Source of the DNA: an uncultured Planctomycetaceae bacterium
GTDB lineage: Bacteria; Planctomycetota; Planctomycetia; Isosphaerales; Isosphaeraceae
Direction: 5' to 3'
Assembly (NCBI GenBank): GCA_963797295.1
Contig: CAWCPP010000008.1
Span: 72,545 to 136,544 of the forward strand
Length of the DNA stretch: 64,000 nt
Shown here: positions 61,653-64,000 of the stretch, piece after piece
Position numbering within the stretch: position 1 is the stretch's first letter
Layout: each line of letters starts with the position of its first letter
Notes under the pieces: model-generated
What the model saw: only the letters and a program-made list of their open reading frames with translations
The model's database searches: none
What the model was told of the DNA's origin: nothing
Made by a program: the position numbers and the translations under genes

Positions 61653-64000
61653 TTACTCGATCCGCGCATCGCCCAGGTCTTTTGTCTCACCCGGTCCGAC
61701 CGTGAAGAAAGGCTCGGACGAGTTCGGGTATTTCAAGTCGCTCGGCTGATAGGGCTGGCCCGGTACGAGCCCGTCGACTCGGAAGACACCCCTTTCGTCC
61801 GTCCGGGCTGAGTATCCATCCCCGCCAATGTACATGTAACGGTGGATCACGAGGCCATGGTTTTTCACCGGTTGACCCGCCGTATCCAGGATTCGGCCGA
61901 AGGCGGCCCCGCAGGGCTGAAGACGGATCGTCAGCGGTTCGGATTGATCGCCACGGATCTCAGTAGAGAATCCCAGTTTCCGGGCCGCGTCGAACAAATT
62001 TAACCGTCGCTTGCCCGTCGGCTCGAGGGCCGTGATCGAGAATCCTCCATGCTTGTTCGAAGAAGATTCCTCGAACTGGTGCGACGTTCCGCCGAAGATC
62101 CGCACGCCAGCAACCGGTTTCCCGTCCGGTCCCTCGACACGTCCGGTGATGGACCGGCCCACGCGCAAGACGATATCCTGATTCATTGGTTGCGCCGCTC
62201 CGTCTAACGGACTGATCAGCTTCAGCTCGTTGTAATTGTTCAGGAGGAGCGGACCGCCGACCTCAACCGGGGCGAAGGTGTCGATGTTCGAGACCGGCGC
62301 GTGCGGCGCGATCCGCCTCAGCTCCTGCAAATTGATCCGGGCGGTTAGGTATCGATTCCATCGTCCGTCCCAGGCCGCTACCGCAAGCGCACCAGGACCA
62401 GGAAGGACCACCACGGCGTAGTTCCCTTCTGCGTCCGTCGTTGACTTGGAGCTAGGCTGGACGAAGAGAGGATCGCCGAGTTTGGAAACATTCGGATTTG
62501 GCGACAGCGGGTAATACTCTACATCACCTTTCACCGCCTGTCTGGTCACCAAGTCAGTTAACCGTCCTCGAACCACGATTTCCCGAACCAGCTCGAACTC
62601 GACCCTGACTGGCTCGAGGCCGGCGGTATCGGAGACCCTGTGCTTCATGGAAAAGTAAGGTTGTCCTTCGGCTGCAGTCGCGATGACGTGATACTCGGAT
62701 GATTTGGGATAGCCCAGCAGCTCGAACCGTCCCAGCGCATCAGTCTTGGTCCGGGCGAGTGTCGCACCCTGGTCGGACGAGATGACCGCACCGGCGATAG
62801 GACGGCCTGTTCCTTTCTCACGGACGGTCCCTCTGATCGGCCGCGAGGGATTGGCTGTGTAATCGAAGTGGCGCAGTATATCTCCGATTGGCTCGTCGGC
62901 TTGGCCAAAACCACTTCGGCTACGGTCGCTGGCCTTCGAGTGGCTGCAAAGATATTCCAGGCCTGAATTCCAGGTCCTTCGACCTGGAACCGGACGAGGC
63001 GCTCGCGACCTACGGCGGCCAGGTGGAAGCGGCCCCGTTCATCGGTCGTGATCGGATCCGGTCGCCCGGGTGGCCCGCGGAACCAGGTCCTTGTAGAATC
63101 TTCATAGCCCAGTCCGCTTCGAACACCCTCGATATAGGACGAGATGTCCTCGCCAGGAAATGCTTTGATGAAGTCGACCGTGAGGCGGGCACCGGCGACG
63201 GGTTTCCCCTCGAGGTTGAGGATGCGTTCTTCAATCGGGACGTCCTTCACGAGACGCAACGTCAGCTCGGCTTCTGCACTGAACTTGGCGTCACGGCCCG
63301 AGATACTGTCCCAGCCGAGTCCAAAGCCATCCGCCGAGGCGGCGACGCGGATCTCACGGAAAGGGTCATATGAACAATCCAGAAACTCACGTCGCGTCAG
63401 GCCGAACCGAAATCGGCCGTCGGGTCCGCTGCGTTCTTTCGAGAGAAAGGCATTGCCTCGGCTGTTCTCAAACGGCACCGACAACAGCGCACCTTCAAAC
63501 GGGCGGCCGTCCGGGTCGATAACGCGGCCGTGCAGAAATCGGGACTCGGATGGGCTCTCGTTCGCCGTGCGGACTGTCTGCGGCTGTGGTATTTCAGCCT
63601 GTGCCGCTGGTGCGGCATCGACGCGGTGCTGGATCTGAATTGCTGCGATCCCTGGCACGATCAGCGCGGCCATTACGGCGAACGCCGCGAGCTGGGTCCG
63701 TTGCATGGGCCGCGAGAGAGGCCGCTGCCGATCCAGAATCGCTCCAATCCGAGAGGCAAGTCGCCACCGTCGGCCATCGACAAGCCTGCTAGCACGCCAC
63801 GCCCCCGACCCTCGGCCATCGACCTGGCGAACTCAAGCAAGTAGCGAGCGTACTGGGCACGCTGGCCGGTCCAGGTCATGGCCAGATCGTCACAGGCTCG
63901 TTCCGCGAGCGCTGCCAGTCTGCCCGCAACAGCCAGGCCAGAGGGTGGAACCAGTAGATACACAGATTCACCGCTGCCACCAACGTGAGTAACGTGTCGC
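61653..64000 (-). CDS. BlaR1-like M56-family membrane protein, C-terminal part, with large extracytoplasmic carboxypeptidase-regulatory-like region; 5' end outside window, about 4 frame changes
   Basis: At the window edge LLTLVAAVNLCIYWFHPLAWLLR.. then ERACDDLAMTWTGQRAQYARYLLEFARS (the M56 post-HExxH signature). Next comes TM QLAAFAVMAALIVPGIAAI, then ORFs 62645..63706 and 61653..62648 with GRVIDPDGRPFEG, TTDERGRFHLAAVG and GRVEGPDGKPVAG. Confidence 0.65.

Overview
High-GC window (about 60-65% by eye) that looks like a Planctomycetota chromosome. The evidence is two PSD1/DUF1549/DUF1553 + DUF1501 gene pairs, BlaI/BlaR1-type regulators, and an ECF sigma factor with a long C-terminal extension. 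Housekeeping genes (surE, phoU, guaB, rpe, nadE) alternate with accessory genes. I found no rRNA, tRNA, CRISPR array, prophage or recognisable defence system. Almost every long gene is split over two to ten frames, so the ORF track fragments most proteins. I rebuilt genes by following the protein across frames, so many boundaries are approximate. The junctions I resolved are single-base indels in short homopolymers, which points to consensus error rather than gene decay. The most unusual locus is 13.97-20.0 kb. There, five ~65-78 bp repeat units sharing a GTGACGCCTGA-TAATCGG core sit next to a degraded REP-associated tyrosine transposase (RAYT), and all three IS elements in the window have inserted into this array with clean 8-bp target duplications. 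Other points worth follow-up: a CydA-like/cytochrome c fusion coupled to rpe, one large extracytoplasmic module shared by an ECF sigma fusion and a BlaR1-like protease, a lower-GC islet with an orphan antitoxin, and two tandem Ku genes without ligD. None of these is a clear-cut new system, and all functional calls are from motifs read by eye.
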